Assembly: GCA_963663235.2 (NCBI GenBank)
Contig: CAXXNO010000006.1
Coordinates: forward strand, 192,001-256,000
Direction of reading: 5' to 3'
From: Dehalococcoidia bacterium
Lineage (GTDB): Bacteria > Chloroflexota > Dehalococcoidia > Bin125
DNA: 64,000 nucleotides
Both the position numbers and the translations under genes were made by a program. The notes beneath the pieces were generated by a model. It made no database searches, was not told where the DNA came from, and saw nothing but the letters and a program-made list of their open reading frames with translations. Below are positions 45,039-55,015 of the stretch, piece by piece. How positions within the stretch are numbered: the first letter of the stretch is position 1; the number at the start of each line of letters is the position of its first letter.

Positions 45039-46616
45039 GTGAAGCCACCAGTACCCGGTCGCACGCCGGTCTTTGGGTCGCGCGCCATCGCGGCGACGGG
45101 TCATCCTACGGCCAGCGCCACGGCGATCGAAGTGCTCGCCGCCGGGGGCAACGCCGTCGACGCCGCGCTGGCTGCATCGGCGGTGCTGTGTGTGGTGATG
45201 CCGCACATGACGGGGATGGGCGGCGACGGGTTCGTGCAGGTCGTCGAGCCCGAGGGCGGCGTGCAGGCTTACAACGCCGGCGGCACCGCGGGGAGCGGGG
45301 CCGAGCCGGAGCGCTACGGCGAAGGCATCCCCCGGAACGGCCTACGGACCGCCTGTATTCCGGGGCTGCCGGACCTCTGGTCGCTGCTCCACGATCGGCA
45401 CGGCAGCCGCCCGCTGCCGGAGCTGCTGAGACCGGCGATCAGGCTGGCCGCCGATGGCTTTCCGGTATCGGCGGGGCTGGCGGCGTCGCTGGCGGAGAAT
45501 CGGGAACGGCTGGCGCTGTCGCGGGAAGCGGCAGCGATATTCCTTCCCAACGGAGCAACACCGCGTGCGGGCCAGCGGCTGCGCCAGCCGCAGCTCGCAC
45601 GCACGCTGGAAGCGTTCGCGGCGGGCGGGCGCGACGCCTTCTACGGCGGCGGCGTGGGCCGAGCGCTTGCGGGCGCATTCACGCGGGAGGCGGACGGCCT
45701 GATCAGCATCGACGATCTCACGGGCCACGAAGCGATCGCGGGCGAGCCGATGGCTGCGGCGTACCGCGATACGCTGGTCTACGAGCAGCCGCCGGTCTCG
45801 CAAGGACACATCCTGCTGCAAGAGCTGCTGCTGCTGGCCGGCGCCAACCTGACCGGCATGGGCCACCTCTCCGCGGACGCCATCCATTGGATGGTGGAGG
45901 CGAAAAAGCTGGCCTTCGCCGATCGGACCGCCGCAGCCGGCGACCCGCGCTTCATCGACGTCGACTGGGACCAGCTGCTCGCGCCCGAGCGGGCCACCGA
46001 GCGGGCCCGAGCAATCGATCCGGAGCGCGCACGGGAGGTAGCGAAAGCCGACAGCAAAGCGGCGGAAACGACGCAGTTCGCCGTCGGTGACGGGGAGGGT
46101 CGCGCGATCACGTTCATCCAGAGCGTCTACCACCCGTTCGGCTGCGCGGCGGTGGCCGGGGACACGGGATTGTTGCTCAACAATCGGATGCTGGGCTTCA
46201 GCCTGGACCCGAGCCACCCGAACGTCATGGCGCCCGGCAAGCGCACGGTGCACACCCTCAACACGTACACGCTGTTCCGCAAGGGGCGGTTCCTCCTGGC
46301 CGGAGGGACACCCGGCGCCGATTTTCAGGTGCAGACGAACCTTCAAATTCTGACGGGCATCATCGATTTCGGGCTGAGCGTGCAAGAGGCCGTGGACGCA
46401 CCACGATGGGGCCACACGCAGGGGCTGGAGCTCGTCGTCGAGGGGCGCATCGGGGCCGACGTGCGGCGCGAGCTGGCGCGTCGGGGACACGCGGTGCAGA
46501 TCGCCGACGATTGGGAGCCCAAGCTCGGGTCGGCGCAACTCATTGCGCGGCTTCCCGAGGGCGGCTGGGAGGGCGTCTCCGACCTGAGGCGGGAGGGCGC
46601 CGCGATCGGATTCTGA
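45039..46616 (+). CDS. gamma-glutamyltransferase family protein
   Basis: GGNAVDAA, GMGGDGF, ETTQF (Thr nucleophile), LLNNR, PGKRTVHT. Confidence 0.93.
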   Translation: MKPPVPGRTPVFGSRAIAATGHPTASATAIEVLAAGGNAVDAALAASAVLCVVMPHMTGMGGDGFVQVVEPEGGVQAYNAGGTAGSGAEPERYGEGIPRNGLRTACIPGLPDLWSLLHDRHGSRPLPELLRPAIRLAADGFPVSAGLAASLAENRERLALSREAAAIFLPNGATPRAGQRLRQPQLARTLEAFAAGGRDAFYGGGVGRALAGAFTREADGLISIDDLTGHEAIAGEPMAAAYRDTLVYEQPPVSQGHILLQELLLLAGANLTGMGHLSADAIHWMVEAKKLAFADRTAAAGDPRFIDVDWDQLLAPERATERARAIDPERAREVAKADSKAAETTQFAVGDGEGRAITFIQSVYHPFGCAAVAGDTGLLLNNRMLGFSLDPSHPNVMAPGKRTVHTLNTYTLFRKGRFLLAGGTPGADFQVQTNLQILTGIIDFGLSVQEAVDAPRWGHTQGLELVVEGRIGADVRRELARRGHAVQIADDWEPKLGSAQLIARLPEGGWEGVSDLRREGAAIGF

Positions 46617-46621
46617 CGGGT

Positions 46622-46692
46622 GGCTTCCGGCGGACGGCTTCCGGCGGACAGCTTCCGGCAGACGGTGTCTGGCGGACGGATCTCAGGCGGGA
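46622..46692. repeat. degenerating 14-bp tandem repeat, about 5 copies
   Basis: GGCTTCCGGCGGAC x2, AGCTTCCGGCAGAC, GGTGTCTGGCGGAC. Confidence 0.75.
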
Positions 46693-46778
46693 AGATCCGG
46701 GAGGGCGCTCAAGGGAGCGGCCGGTATAATCGCTCGTGGCACGCGGCCAGGCCCGCAGGCCACGGATCGAGGAGTGAG

Positions 46779-47606
46779 ATGCATCGATCGCCAGTCGCGA
46801 ACTCCAGCGCGACCTTAGACGGGCAGCGGGACCTGTATCGGGAGCTGTTCCGCCAGCAGAGCGATCGGATCTGGAACGCGGACCGGGACGTGGACTGGAG
46901 CCTGGGGCCGCAGATCCCGGAGGCGAAGCGGGAAGCGTGGTTGAAGCTGGTCAACGTCTTTTACGGCCTGGAGCTCATGGGGCTGGACACGATCCAGGTG
47001 ATGATGAGCCGAGCGACCCACCAACTGCACGACCCCAACCTCAACCTGTACCTGGCGGCCCAGTGCCAGGACGAAGCGCGGCACGTCTACGTGTTGGACC
47101 GGTACCTGGAGGCGGCGAACGGCCGGGGAATGCTCAGCCGACTGGAACGAGGACTGATTAACCGCTTCGGCACGATGGCCTCGTGGGGCGTCTACCGGGT
47201 GGAAAACTGGCTCACGTCCACGCTGTTCAGCGAAAACTTCGCGTCGCTGTTCCTGCAGAAGAGCCGCGAGCAAGGCGACATCGATCCGCTGGCCTCCAAC
47301 ATCTTCGGGCTCATTCTGCGCGACGAAGTGCGCCACGTGAACTTCCTGCACACCGTCCTGCCGACCCTGATCGACAACCTCTCCCCGATGGGCCGGGCCT
47401 ACGTGTGGCAGAGCCAGTTGCTGCTGGTCGGGGCCGTCAGCATCGGCCTGCGGCGGGCCAAGCCCTACGCGATGGCGGTGGGGATCGATATCGATGACTT
47501 CAAGGATACGCTGACCGAGAATCTAGAGGCGCAGTTCCATGACTCCGGCATCGACCAGTTCCTGCGGGCGAGCGCCTACCGCCGGATAATGGACCGCTTC
47601 ATCTGA
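46779..47606 (+). CDS. ferritin-like diiron-carboxylate protein
   Basis: E...DEARH and E...DEVRH; W..D.DVDW; GAGGAG RBS. Confidence 0.85.
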   Translation: MHRSPVANSSATLDGQRDLYRELFRQQSDRIWNADRDVDWSLGPQIPEAKREAWLKLVNVFYGLELMGLDTIQVMMSRATHQLHDPNLNLYLAAQCQDEARHVYVLDRYLEAANGRGMLSRLERGLINRFGTMASWGVYRVENWLTSTLFSENFASLFLQKSREQGDIDPLASNIFGLILRDEVRHVNFLHTVLPTLIDNLSPMGRAYVWQSQLLLVGAVSIGLRRAKPYAMAVGIDIDDFKDTLTENLEAQFHDSGIDQFLRASAYRRIMDRFI

Positions 47607-47657
47607 TTGGCACAGGGCGCCGAGGCCACGGCCTGCGGCCGGAATAGGGAGCGCGGC

Positions 47658-48821
47658 ATGACGGACTTCACGCTCAATGAAGCCGAACGCATGGTGAAAC
47701 AAGTGACGCACGACTTCGCGGTCCGAGAGATCGTGCCGCGGGCGAGGGAGTACGACGATCGCGAAGAGTACCCCTGGGACGTGGCCCGCAAGGGCGCCGC
47801 GATCGGCCTGCACGGCGAGCCATTGGCGGGGGAGGGGATCGAAGAAGGTCTCACCAGCCTGATCATGGGGGAGGAGTTGGCCTGGGGCTGCGGCGGCATG
47901 GCGCTGGCGATGCTCGGCGGTGGGCTGGCCGCGACGGCGATCAACCTCATCGGCACGCCCGAGCAGCGAGAGCGGTTCCTGCCGATGGCGCTGCCCTCGG
48001 ACAGCGAGTTTCGCATCGGCGCGCTGGCGTTGACGGAGTCGGAATCCGGCTCCGACTCCGGCAGCATGAAAACGCGCGCGTGGCGGGACGGCGACGACTA
48101 CGTGCTGCACGGCTCCAAACGGTTCATCACCGGAGGCGGGATCGCGGACCTGACGGTGGTCTTCGCCACGGAAGATCCGAAGACGGGCTGGAAGGGGGTC
48201 TCCGCGTTCGTGGTCCCCAAGGACACGCCCGGGTTGGTGGAGTCCCACGTGTGGAAGAAGATGGGCCTGCGGGCCAGCCACACCGCGGACCTCCTGATAG
48301 ATGAGGTGCGTATCCCCATGGACCACCGCCTGGGGTCGCCGGACCCCGACTTTCGCAGCGGCGGGCGCGGGGCGCTGGGGACCATGACCGGCACGCGTCC
48401 GCAGATCGGCATCATTGCAGTAGGGATCGGCCGGGCGGCGTTCGAGTACGCGGCGACGCACGCAAAGACGCGGATGTCGTTCGGGCAGCCGATCATCGAG
48501 CACCAGGGGGTGGGGTTCATGCTGGCGGACATGGACATCGCGCTGGATGCGGCGCGGCTGCTGTGCTGGCGGGCCGGCTGGCTGCTGAGCCGGGGGGAGA
48601 CACTGAGCTTCGAGGAGGCGAGCAAGGCGAAGTGCTTCGCCACCGACACGGCGATGCAGGTCACCACCGACGCCGTGCAGATCATCGGCGGCAGCGGGTA
48701 CATGCGCGAGCAGCCCGTTGAGAAGTGGATGCGCGACGCGAAGGTCTTCCAGATCTTCGAAGGGACGAACCAGATCCAGCGGCTGGCGATCAGCCGAAAC
48801 CTGGCCGAGCGGAAGTTCTAG
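47658..48821 (+). CDS. acyl-CoA dehydrogenase
   Basis: LTESESGSD, GSKRFIT, QIFEGTNQIQR. Confidence 0.95.
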   Translation: MTDFTLNEAERMVKQVTHDFAVREIVPRAREYDDREEYPWDVARKGAAIGLHGEPLAGEGIEEGLTSLIMGEELAWGCGGMALAMLGGGLAATAINLIGTPEQRERFLPMALPSDSEFRIGALALTESESGSDSGSMKTRAWRDGDDYVLHGSKRFITGGGIADLTVVFATEDPKTGWKGVSAFVVPKDTPGLVESHVWKKMGLRASHTADLLIDEVRIPMDHRLGSPDPDFRSGGRGALGTMTGTRPQIGIIAVGIGRAAFEYAATHAKTRMSFGQPIIEHQGVGFMLADMDIALDAARLLCWRAGWLLSRGETLSFEEASKAKCFATDTAMQVTTDAVQIIGGSGYMREQPVEKWMRDAKVFQIFEGTNQIQRLAISRNLAERKF

Positions 48822-48841
48822 AGCGGCGGTCGCGGGGAGCG

Positions 48842-49405
48842 ATGGGCCGGCCTTGGGAGCGGATCCGCAGCCAGCGACTGGCCGACTACCACTTCTTCCA
48901 GTTGCGGCAGGACACCAACGTCCACCCCGAGCGGCGCTCGGCGCACGACTTCTACATCTTCGAGTTCCCCCACTGGGTGAACATCATCCCGCTCACGGCC
49001 GCCAACGAGGTGGTGTTCATCCGCCAGTTCCGACACGGGACGCGCGAGGTAACGCTGGAGGTGCCGGGCGGGATCATCGACGCGGGGGAATCGCCTAAGG
49101 AAGCGGCGCTGCGGGAGCTGCGGGAAGAGACCGGCTACAGCGCCGCAGACGCGATAGAGCTGGGGTGGGTGCACCCCAATCCCGCGATCCAGGAGAACCG
49201 CTGCTACACGTACCTGGCCGAGAACGTCACGTCAGTCGGTGAGCCGAAGCAGGACGGGACCGAGTCGATTGAGGTTGCGCTGGTGCCACTGGAGGAGGTG
49301 GTGGGGCTGTTTGAAGACGGCACGATCACGCACGCGCTGGTAGTGACGGCGTTTCACCTCTACCAGCAGCGGACGGGGCGATCGCTGCCGTGGGGCCGGC
49401 GCTAG
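48842..49405 (+). CDS. NUDIX hydrolase (ADP-ribose pyrophosphatase-like)
   Basis: PGG.IDAGE....AALRELREETGY. Confidence 0.93.
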   Translation: MGRPWERIRSQRLADYHFFQLRQDTNVHPERRSAHDFYIFEFPHWVNIIPLTAANEVVFIRQFRHGTREVTLEVPGGIIDAGESPKEAALRELREETGYSAADAIELGWVHPNPAIQENRCYTYLAENVTSVGEPKQDGTESIEVALVPLEEVVGLFEDGTITHALVVTAFHLYQQRTGRSLPWGRR

Positions 49406-49776
49406 GAGCGCCAGCGGGTGATATCGAAGTCGTCGGGGACGAGGATGAAGAGGCTTTGACGGGGGCCGCCGACGCCGCGGCTGATGTGCCCCTGGCCGGT
49501 CACATCCTCGGCGAACAGGATCTCGCCGGGTCCGAGGCGCCGCTTCGTGCCGTCGCCGGTTTCGATCTCCAAGATGCCGCTCAGGTTGATCACGAACTGC
49601 CGCTGGGGCGCGTTGTGGAAGTCCATCTCGAACTCGCCCGGGGTGGCGCGAAAGATCACGCCCTTGGTCTGGACAAGATCCGTGAGGCTGCCCACATCGC
49701 CGTCGCGCAGGGGCACGTCGATTTCCTGGAAGTGAGTCCGGTCATCGTCGCCGGTGTAGATGCGGGTCACCTTCAT
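49402..49776 (-). CDS. cupin-fold protein
   Basis: HNAPQRQF...EDVTGQGH. Confidence 0.88.
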   Translation of the reverse strand: MKVTRIYTGDDDRTHFQEIDVPLRDGDVGSLTDLVQTKGVIFRATPGEFEMDFHNAPQRQFVINLSGILEIETGDGTKRRLGPGEILFAEDVTGQGHISRGVGGPRQSLFILVPDDFDITRWRS

Positions 49777-49814
49777 GCCGGTCTCCTTCGCCGCCGTAGC
49801 GGCACAACGCCACC

Positions 49815-50189
49815 TTAGCGGCCGAGCGTCGTCACGTCGTAGTCGTCGGGGACGAGGATAAACAGGCTGTTGCGGGGGCCCTCGATGCCGCGGCTGATGT
49901 GCCCCTGCCCAGTGGTGTCCTCCGCGTAAATGATGGTGCCCGGGCCGAGCCGCTTGCGGCTGCCGTCGCCGGTCTCGACCTCCACCACGCCGGTGAGGTT
50001 GGCGACGAACTGCTTCCTGGGAGCGTTGTGATAGTCGAGGAAGTAGTCCTCGCCCGTCTCGCGGAAGATGAGGCCCTCCGCGCCCACGATCTCCGAGAGG
50101 CGGCCGAGATCGTGGTCGTGGAGGGGAACTTCGATGTCTTCGAGATGGGAGCGGTTGTCATCGCCGGTGTAGATGCGGGTAATCTTCAT
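49815..50189 (-). CDS. cupin-fold protein (tandem paralogue)
   Basis: HNAPRKQF...EDTTGQGH; same length (124 aa) as the neighbour. Confidence 0.88.
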   Translation of the reverse strand: MKITRIYTGDDNRSHLEDIEVPLHDHDLGRLSEIVGAEGLIFRETGEDYFLDYHNAPRKQFVANLTGVVEVETGDGSRKRLGPGTIIYAEDTTGQGHISRGIEGPRNSLFILVPDDYDVTTLGR

Positions 50190-50231
50190 GCGGTCTCCTT
50201 TCGCTGCGGCCTCTCCCGTTGTCAGGCCGGC

Positions 50232-50918
50232 TCAGTGATCTAGCGGCAAATGGAGCCGCTCCGCAAGGTCCTGCAGATCGCACGCGACCAGGGCCGGCTC
50301 CACGCCGGGCGGCAAGGGCCCGCCGCGCCGGTTGACCCAGACGCAGGGGACGCCGAGCCGCAAGGCGGGCTGGACATCGTGGTGGAGGGAGGCGGCGACA
50401 TGGAGCGTCGCCGCGGGCGCCAGGCCCAGGCGGGCGTGCGCCTCCAGCCAATGCGCGGGCGCCGGCTTGTAGGAGCGGACGTCCTCCGCGGTCACGAGCA
50501 AATCGAAGGGCGCGGAGAGAGAGCGGACGCTGGCGCGCAGGGTGGCGGTGGTGACGTTGGAGACGATGGCCAGCGGCTTTCCCAGGCGGCGCAGGCGGCG
50601 GAGGAAGCCGGGCGCGTCCGCAAACGGCGGCCAGTCCGGGACGCTCGCGGCAAAAGCGCAGGCTTCAGTGTCGGTCACGGCGACGCCAAACTCTCGCGCG
50701 GCTTGCCGGAGGCTGCGCGCCAGCACTTCCTCATAGGGGAGGTAGGGGCCGGCCTCGAGATCTAATTCCAGCGCCTCGCGGCGCTGGAGGAATCGCTCGG
50801 CATCGACATCCTGGAGCGCGGGGATGCGCCGGATCGCCGCAGCGATACCGACGTCCCAGTCGATCAACGTGCCGTAGCAGTCGAAGGTGAAGGCCTGAGC
50901 CGAGCGGACCAGGCTCAC
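50232..50918 (-). CDS. haloacid dehalogenase type II-like HAD hydrolase
   Basis: FDCYGTLIDW, SN, YKP, HVAASLHHD. Confidence 0.9.
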   Translation of the reverse strand: MSLVRSAQAFTFDCYGTLIDWDVGIAAAIRRIPALQDVDAERFLQRREALELDLEAGPYLPYEEVLARSLRQAAREFGVAVTDTEACAFAASVPDWPPFADAPGFLRRLRRLGKPLAIVSNVTTATLRASVRSLSAPFDLLVTAEDVRSYKPAPAHWLEAHARLGLAPAATLHVAASLHHDVQPALRLGVPCVWVNRRGGPLPPGVEPALVACDLQDLAERLHLPLDH

Positions 50919-52105
50919 TCCGCCGACCGATCGGCGGGGCGGCCGCGGTAGATCGTCGCGTCGCCGAAACGCTCGCGCAGGCCGGTGACCGCGGCATCGA
51001 GCGCGTCGGGCTGAGCGGGCGGGGGGCGGTCAAAGAGGTCCAACTGGCCGGCCGTCTCCGGCTCGATCAAGTTCGAGACGCCCGCGCCCAAGAGGCGGAA
51101 CTCGCGGCCGGGCGTTAGCTCTGGGTCGAGAAGGGAGAGGGCCTCGGCGGTGATCGTGGATGGGGAATCGGTGGCCTCGACGAGAGTGCGTTGCCGGGTG
51201 AAAGTGGTGAAATCGGCGAGGCGCAGCTTGACGTACACCGTGCGGGCGCGGAGATGGGCGCGCTGGAGCTGCCGCGCCACCGAGGCGGCCTGGTCCCGCA
51301 GGGCCTGCTCCAGCTCACCGCGGTCGCTCTTGTCCTCGGCGAAGGTGGTCTCCGAAGAGATGGACTTTCGCCGACGGGACACGGTCACAGGGCTGTCGTC
51401 GGCGCCGATGGCCAGCCGGTGGAACCACTCGCCACGGACGCCGAAGCGCTCGATCAACCAGGCCAACGGCCGTTGGGCCAGATCGCCGATCGTCTTGACG
51501 CCGGCCCGCTGCAATCGCGCGGCCGTCTTCGGCCCCACGCCCCAGAGGTCGCTCACGGGGAGGGGGGCCAAGAACTCGCGCTCGCGGCCGGGGAGCACGA
51601 TCGTCAGGCCGTCGGGCTTCTCCATGCCCGAGGCGATCTTGGCCACCGACTTGCTCATCGCCACGCCGCAGGAGACGGTCAGATCGGTCTCGCGTCGCAC
51701 CTCGTCCTTGAGCCAGCGGGCCATCGCGCCGGGATCCTCGCCGCTCTCGACGCGCTGCGTGACGTCGAGGAAGGCTTCATCGAGGGAGAGGGGCTCGACC
51801 AACGGGGTCGCGCGACGGAAGATCGCCATCACCTGGCCGCTCACCGCCCGGTAGCGCGGGAATCGCGGCGGCACGACCACGGCCCGCGGGCAGAGGTGGA
51901 CGGCCGTGCGCATTGGCATGGCGGAGCGGCAACCGAACGCTCTGGCCTCATAGGACGCCGCGGCTACGACGCCGCGCGACCTGGGCGAGCCGCCGACGAG
52001 CACGGGCTTGCCGCGCAGGGAGGGGTCATCGCGCTGCTCGACGGAGGCATAGAAGGCGTCCATATCGGCGTGAATCACATAGCGAAGCGAAGCGCTAGCC
52101 TGCAT
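50915..52105 (-). CDS. dinB: DNA polymerase IV
   Basis: HADMDAFYASVE, ASYEAR, SLDEAFLD, KPDG. Confidence 0.96.
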   Translation of the reverse strand: MQASASLRYVIHADMDAFYASVEQRDDPSLRGKPVLVGGSPRSRGVVAAASYEARAFGCRSAMPMRTAVHLCPRAVVVPPRFPRYRAVSGQVMAIFRRATPLVEPLSLDEAFLDVTQRVESGEDPGAMARWLKDEVRRETDLTVSCGVAMSKSVAKIASGMEKPDGLTIVLPGREREFLAPLPVSDLWGVGPKTAARLQRAGVKTIGDLAQRPLAWLIERFGVRGEWFHRLAIGADDSPVTVSRRRKSISSETTFAEDKSDRGELEQALRDQAASVARQLQRAHLRARTVYVKLRLADFTTFTRQRTLVEATDSPSTITAEALSLLDPELTPGREFRLLGAGVSNLIEPETAGQLDLFDRPPPAQPDALDAAVTGLRERFGDATIYRGRPADRSAE

Positions 52106-52192
52106 GTTGCCTTCCGTGTTGGGCACGGTAACAGCGTCGCGGCCTGCGCTCGGGAAGGCGTGAAGCGACGGGCATTAGGCTACATAACTTAC

Positions 52193-52831
52193 ATGCAGAT
52201 CCTGAAACACTGGAGACGGCGGCGAGCAGCGCAACGGCTCTTCCGCGAAGGCGAGGCGCTGTTAAGAGAGGCGGTGCGCCGCGATGCCGCCGGACGGGCC
52301 GAGGGGCCGGCCCCGGCCGCGGAGGCGCTGGGGCGACTCGAAACGGCGGGTAGGGCAGGGTATCCGGACCGGGCGCACATGGACCTACGGCTGGCGGAAA
52401 CGTTGCTCCTCCTGGGCCGGCCTCAAGACGCGCTGGCGCCGGCGCACCGGGCGGCCGCGGCGCGGCCGTACGACGTCGACAGCCGGATCGTGCACGGAAG
52501 GGTGCGGCTGGCGCTCGGCGACCTGCGGGAGGCGGAGCACGAGTACACGTCCGTGCTGGAGGAGTTCGCGGGCGACCCGGACGCGCGGCGCGGGCAGCTG
52601 GCGGTCGCGCTGGCGCGGGGGAGCCGGACAGTTGACGGTCAAGAGAGCGAAGAGGAGCTGGAGGCGGCGGCAGACTTGCTCGTTGGCGCGTGGGAGGCGG
52701 GGGGCGGCGTGGGCGAGCGTCTGGCGGCGCTGCGGCGCTCCGGGGCAACAGAAGCCGCCGCCGTGGAAGCCGCGCGAGCGCGGCGGGAGTCGCTGCGGAG
52801 TGGCGCGATCAAGAGCGCGAAACGCCCATAA
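52193..52831 (+). CDS. tetratricopeptide-repeat protein
   Basis: LAETLLLLGRPQDA and GRVRLALGDLREA TPR-like units. Confidence 0.72.
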   Translation: MQILKHWRRRRAAQRLFREGEALLREAVRRDAAGRAEGPAPAAEALGRLETAGRAGYPDRAHMDLRLAETLLLLGRPQDALAPAHRAAAARPYDVDSRIVHGRVRLALGDLREAEHEYTSVLEEFAGDPDARRGQLAVALARGSRTVDGQESEEELEAAADLLVGAWEAGGGVGERLAALRRSGATEAAAVEAARARRESLRSGAIKSAKRP

Positions 52832-52897
52832 CCGCGGCCCGGCATAAGGTCGATCCGGGCGCCGGACGCGGACGACCGAGAGATTGGGGAGTCGCTC

Positions 52898-53215
52898 ATG
52901 GGCCTGCTCCGACGCTGGAATCGCCGGACATCGACGGCCTCAGGCGAAGACGCCCGTCGGGACATCGACGAGGTCGAGGCCGTGCGGCGGGCGCTGCTGG
53001 AGGAATCGAGGCGGATCGGCCGCAGCACGGGGCTGTCGCTGACGATGCTGCTGGAGCACGGCGCGCCGACGCTGCGCGACATCGATCTCTACGCCGTCCT
53101 CGCGCATCTTGAGGCCGAGGGCGAGATCACGAACCTGCAGCAGCCGTCGGACGGGAACATGCGGTTCGACCTGACCGAGCGGCCGGGCGCGCAGCGGCGG
53201 GACCGGCACGGATAG
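52898..53215 (+). CDS. hypothetical protein, possible winged-helix
   Basis: GGGAG RBS; LYAVLAHLEAEGEI...MRFDLTE. Confidence 0.65.
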   Translation: MGLLRRWNRRTSTASGEDARRDIDEVEAVRRALLEESRRIGRSTGLSLTMLLEHGAPTLRDIDLYAVLAHLEAEGEITNLQQPSDGNMRFDLTERPGAQRRDRHG

Positions 53216-53750
53216 GCGCTTCTTCCGTTTCGGATAGATTGTCGGGGCGGAGGCCGTCCCCTTTGAGCGAAGAGGGCATCCGATAGTGCGACGATCCGCC
53301 TCACGGGGCACCGTGGTCGTCAGCAGGGAGAGGCTCATTCCGCCGCCGGGGCCCGCTGGAGTCCGCGATGGAGGACCCCGCCGGCACGAGCGCAGAGCGG
53401 TCGCACAGAGTTTGCCTGCGCGCGGCGCCTGGTACTCGAGCGGACGTCTGCGGCGGCTCACGTCGCAAACGATGGACGGCGCGGGAAGCATCGGCAGGGC
53501 GCGAGCGCGTCCCGCCAAAGCAGGGGATGGGCCAAAAGATGATCGCCCTATAAGGGTTATGTATGAAGCCAAGTGGAGCTCGGCCGGGCTGGGGCCGGCT
53601 ACACACGGCCCGCTGCGGGGCCACGGAGGCCGCCAATCCGCCGCCGACGGTCCCGGCAGAGCGTGAGAGCCCGGAGAGCGAGCCCGCAGCCGCCTCTGTC
53701 TTGACGCTGGCCATAGCCCCGCAGGGCGAGGCGAGCGCGGGCCAGACATC

Positions 53751-53845
53751 GTCTCGGGGCGTACAGAAGGTCTCGGGGCGTACAGAAGGTCTCGGGATAC
53801 GCAGAGGGTGTCGAGGCGCACAGAAGGCCTCGGGTGCGCAGAAAC
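53751..53845. repeat. 19-bp tandem repeat x5
   Basis: GTCTCGGGGCGTACAGAAG x2 followed by three diverged copies. Confidence 0.85.
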
Positions 53846-54002
53846 GGCCCTGCCCGCCCGCGGGGAGGGCCAGGCGTCCAGCCGCGACGCGCCGGAGGCA
53901 GGCGGATCACTGAGGTGGTGAGCCGACCCGGCTGCGTCGGCCGACGGGCCTTCGGGAAGGCGGCGACCGAACTTCGCACTATTAGTTATGTCGAGGGACG
54001 CC

Positions 54003-54968
54003 CTACTGCTCGCCGAGGGGCTGATTGAGCCGGACGACGGCGATGGGCCCCGTGACCGTGCGGGCAAAGCGTCGCAGCAAGCCGGCCATCGCGTTGCCGG
54101 GGCCGGTGACGATGAATGTGCGGACGCCCGCCGCGTACGCCGTCTGGAGCGCCGGGAGCCAAGCGATGGGGCGACTGTACTGGCCGCGGAACTCGTCGCG
54201 CAGCGCGGTGGCGGTGTCGATCACCTGGCCGCGCGCGTTGCCGATCATCGGCGTGAAGGGCTCCCGCACCGAGAGCGCATCGATGAGGGGGCCGGCCAGC
54301 GCGTCCGAGTCGCGGAAGAAGCGAGTATGGAAAGCGCCGGCCACCCTGAGCACGACGGCCTTGACGCCGCACGACTCAGCCCGCGCCCGGGCGCGGGCCA
54401 CGGCCTCCGCGCTGCCTCCGACGACAAACTGATCCTCCGCGTTGTGATTGGCGATGGACGTCTGGCTGAGCGCGGCGATCTCCTCCGCCACCGCGCGGGT
54501 CACGCCCGAGAGCGCCAGGAGCGTGTTGGGGGTCGCGTCGCAATCGCGGTCCATGAGCCGCCCCCGCTCGTGGGCGAAGCGGACGCCGTCCTCGAAGGCG
54601 AGCGCGCCGCAGAGGACGGCGGCCGAGTTCTGGCCGGACGAGTGCCCCAAGGCGTAGTGAAGGGCAGGGAGATCGGGACGCTGGGTGCGGGCCCGCTCCC
54701 AATCGGCTTGGGCCCAGGCGAGCAGCAAAGGCTGGAGGACCGACGGCTTGGAGAGCTGCTCCTCCGAGGCGTGGAGCCCGGCGGCCCACAAGTCGACCCC
54801 GATGACGGCCGAGGCGCGATCGAAGACCGCACGGTCCGTGGGGGCGAGATCCGCGATCCCGCCCGGCTTCTGCGATCCCTGTCCGGGGCAGATCAGCGCG
54901 ACTCGGCCCGGCGACGCGTGCGTCGTGCCCGAGGCCGTGAGCGCCGCCGGTGCGTCGCCGCTCCCCAT
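54003..54968 (-). CDS. fabD: malonyl-CoA:ACP transacylase-like acyltransferase
   Basis: PGQGSQ, GHSSG, ERGRLM, AGAFH. Confidence 0.82.
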   Translation of the reverse strand: MGSGDAPAALTASGTTHASPGRVALICPGQGSQKPGGIADLAPTDRAVFDRASAVIGVDLWAAGLHASEEQLSKPSVLQPLLLAWAQADWERARTQRPDLPALHYALGHSSGQNSAAVLCGALAFEDGVRFAHERGRLMDRDCDATPNTLLALSGVTRAVAEEIAALSQTSIANHNAEDQFVVGGSAEAVARARARAESCGVKAVVLRVAGAFHTRFFRDSDALAGPLIDALSVREPFTPMIGNARGQVIDTATALRDEFRGQYSRPIAWLPALQTAYAAGVRTFIVTGPGNAMAGLLRRFARTVTGPIAVVRLNQPLGEQ

Positions 54969-55015
54969 CCGTCCTCCTACACTGGAACGTACCAGACAGC
55001 GTAGAGGGAGCGCTC

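Noticed and set aside
46622-46692. Functional element in the 14-bp repeat
   Set aside because: Short, rapidly decaying GC-rich repeat with no clear structure; most likely slippage.
52106-52192. SOS box upstream of dinB
   Set aside because: No GAAC-N4-GTTC-like palindrome is visible.
53540-53570. Complete dif site
   Set aside because: Only the TTATGT core matches; XerC arm and 6-bp spacer geometry do not fit.
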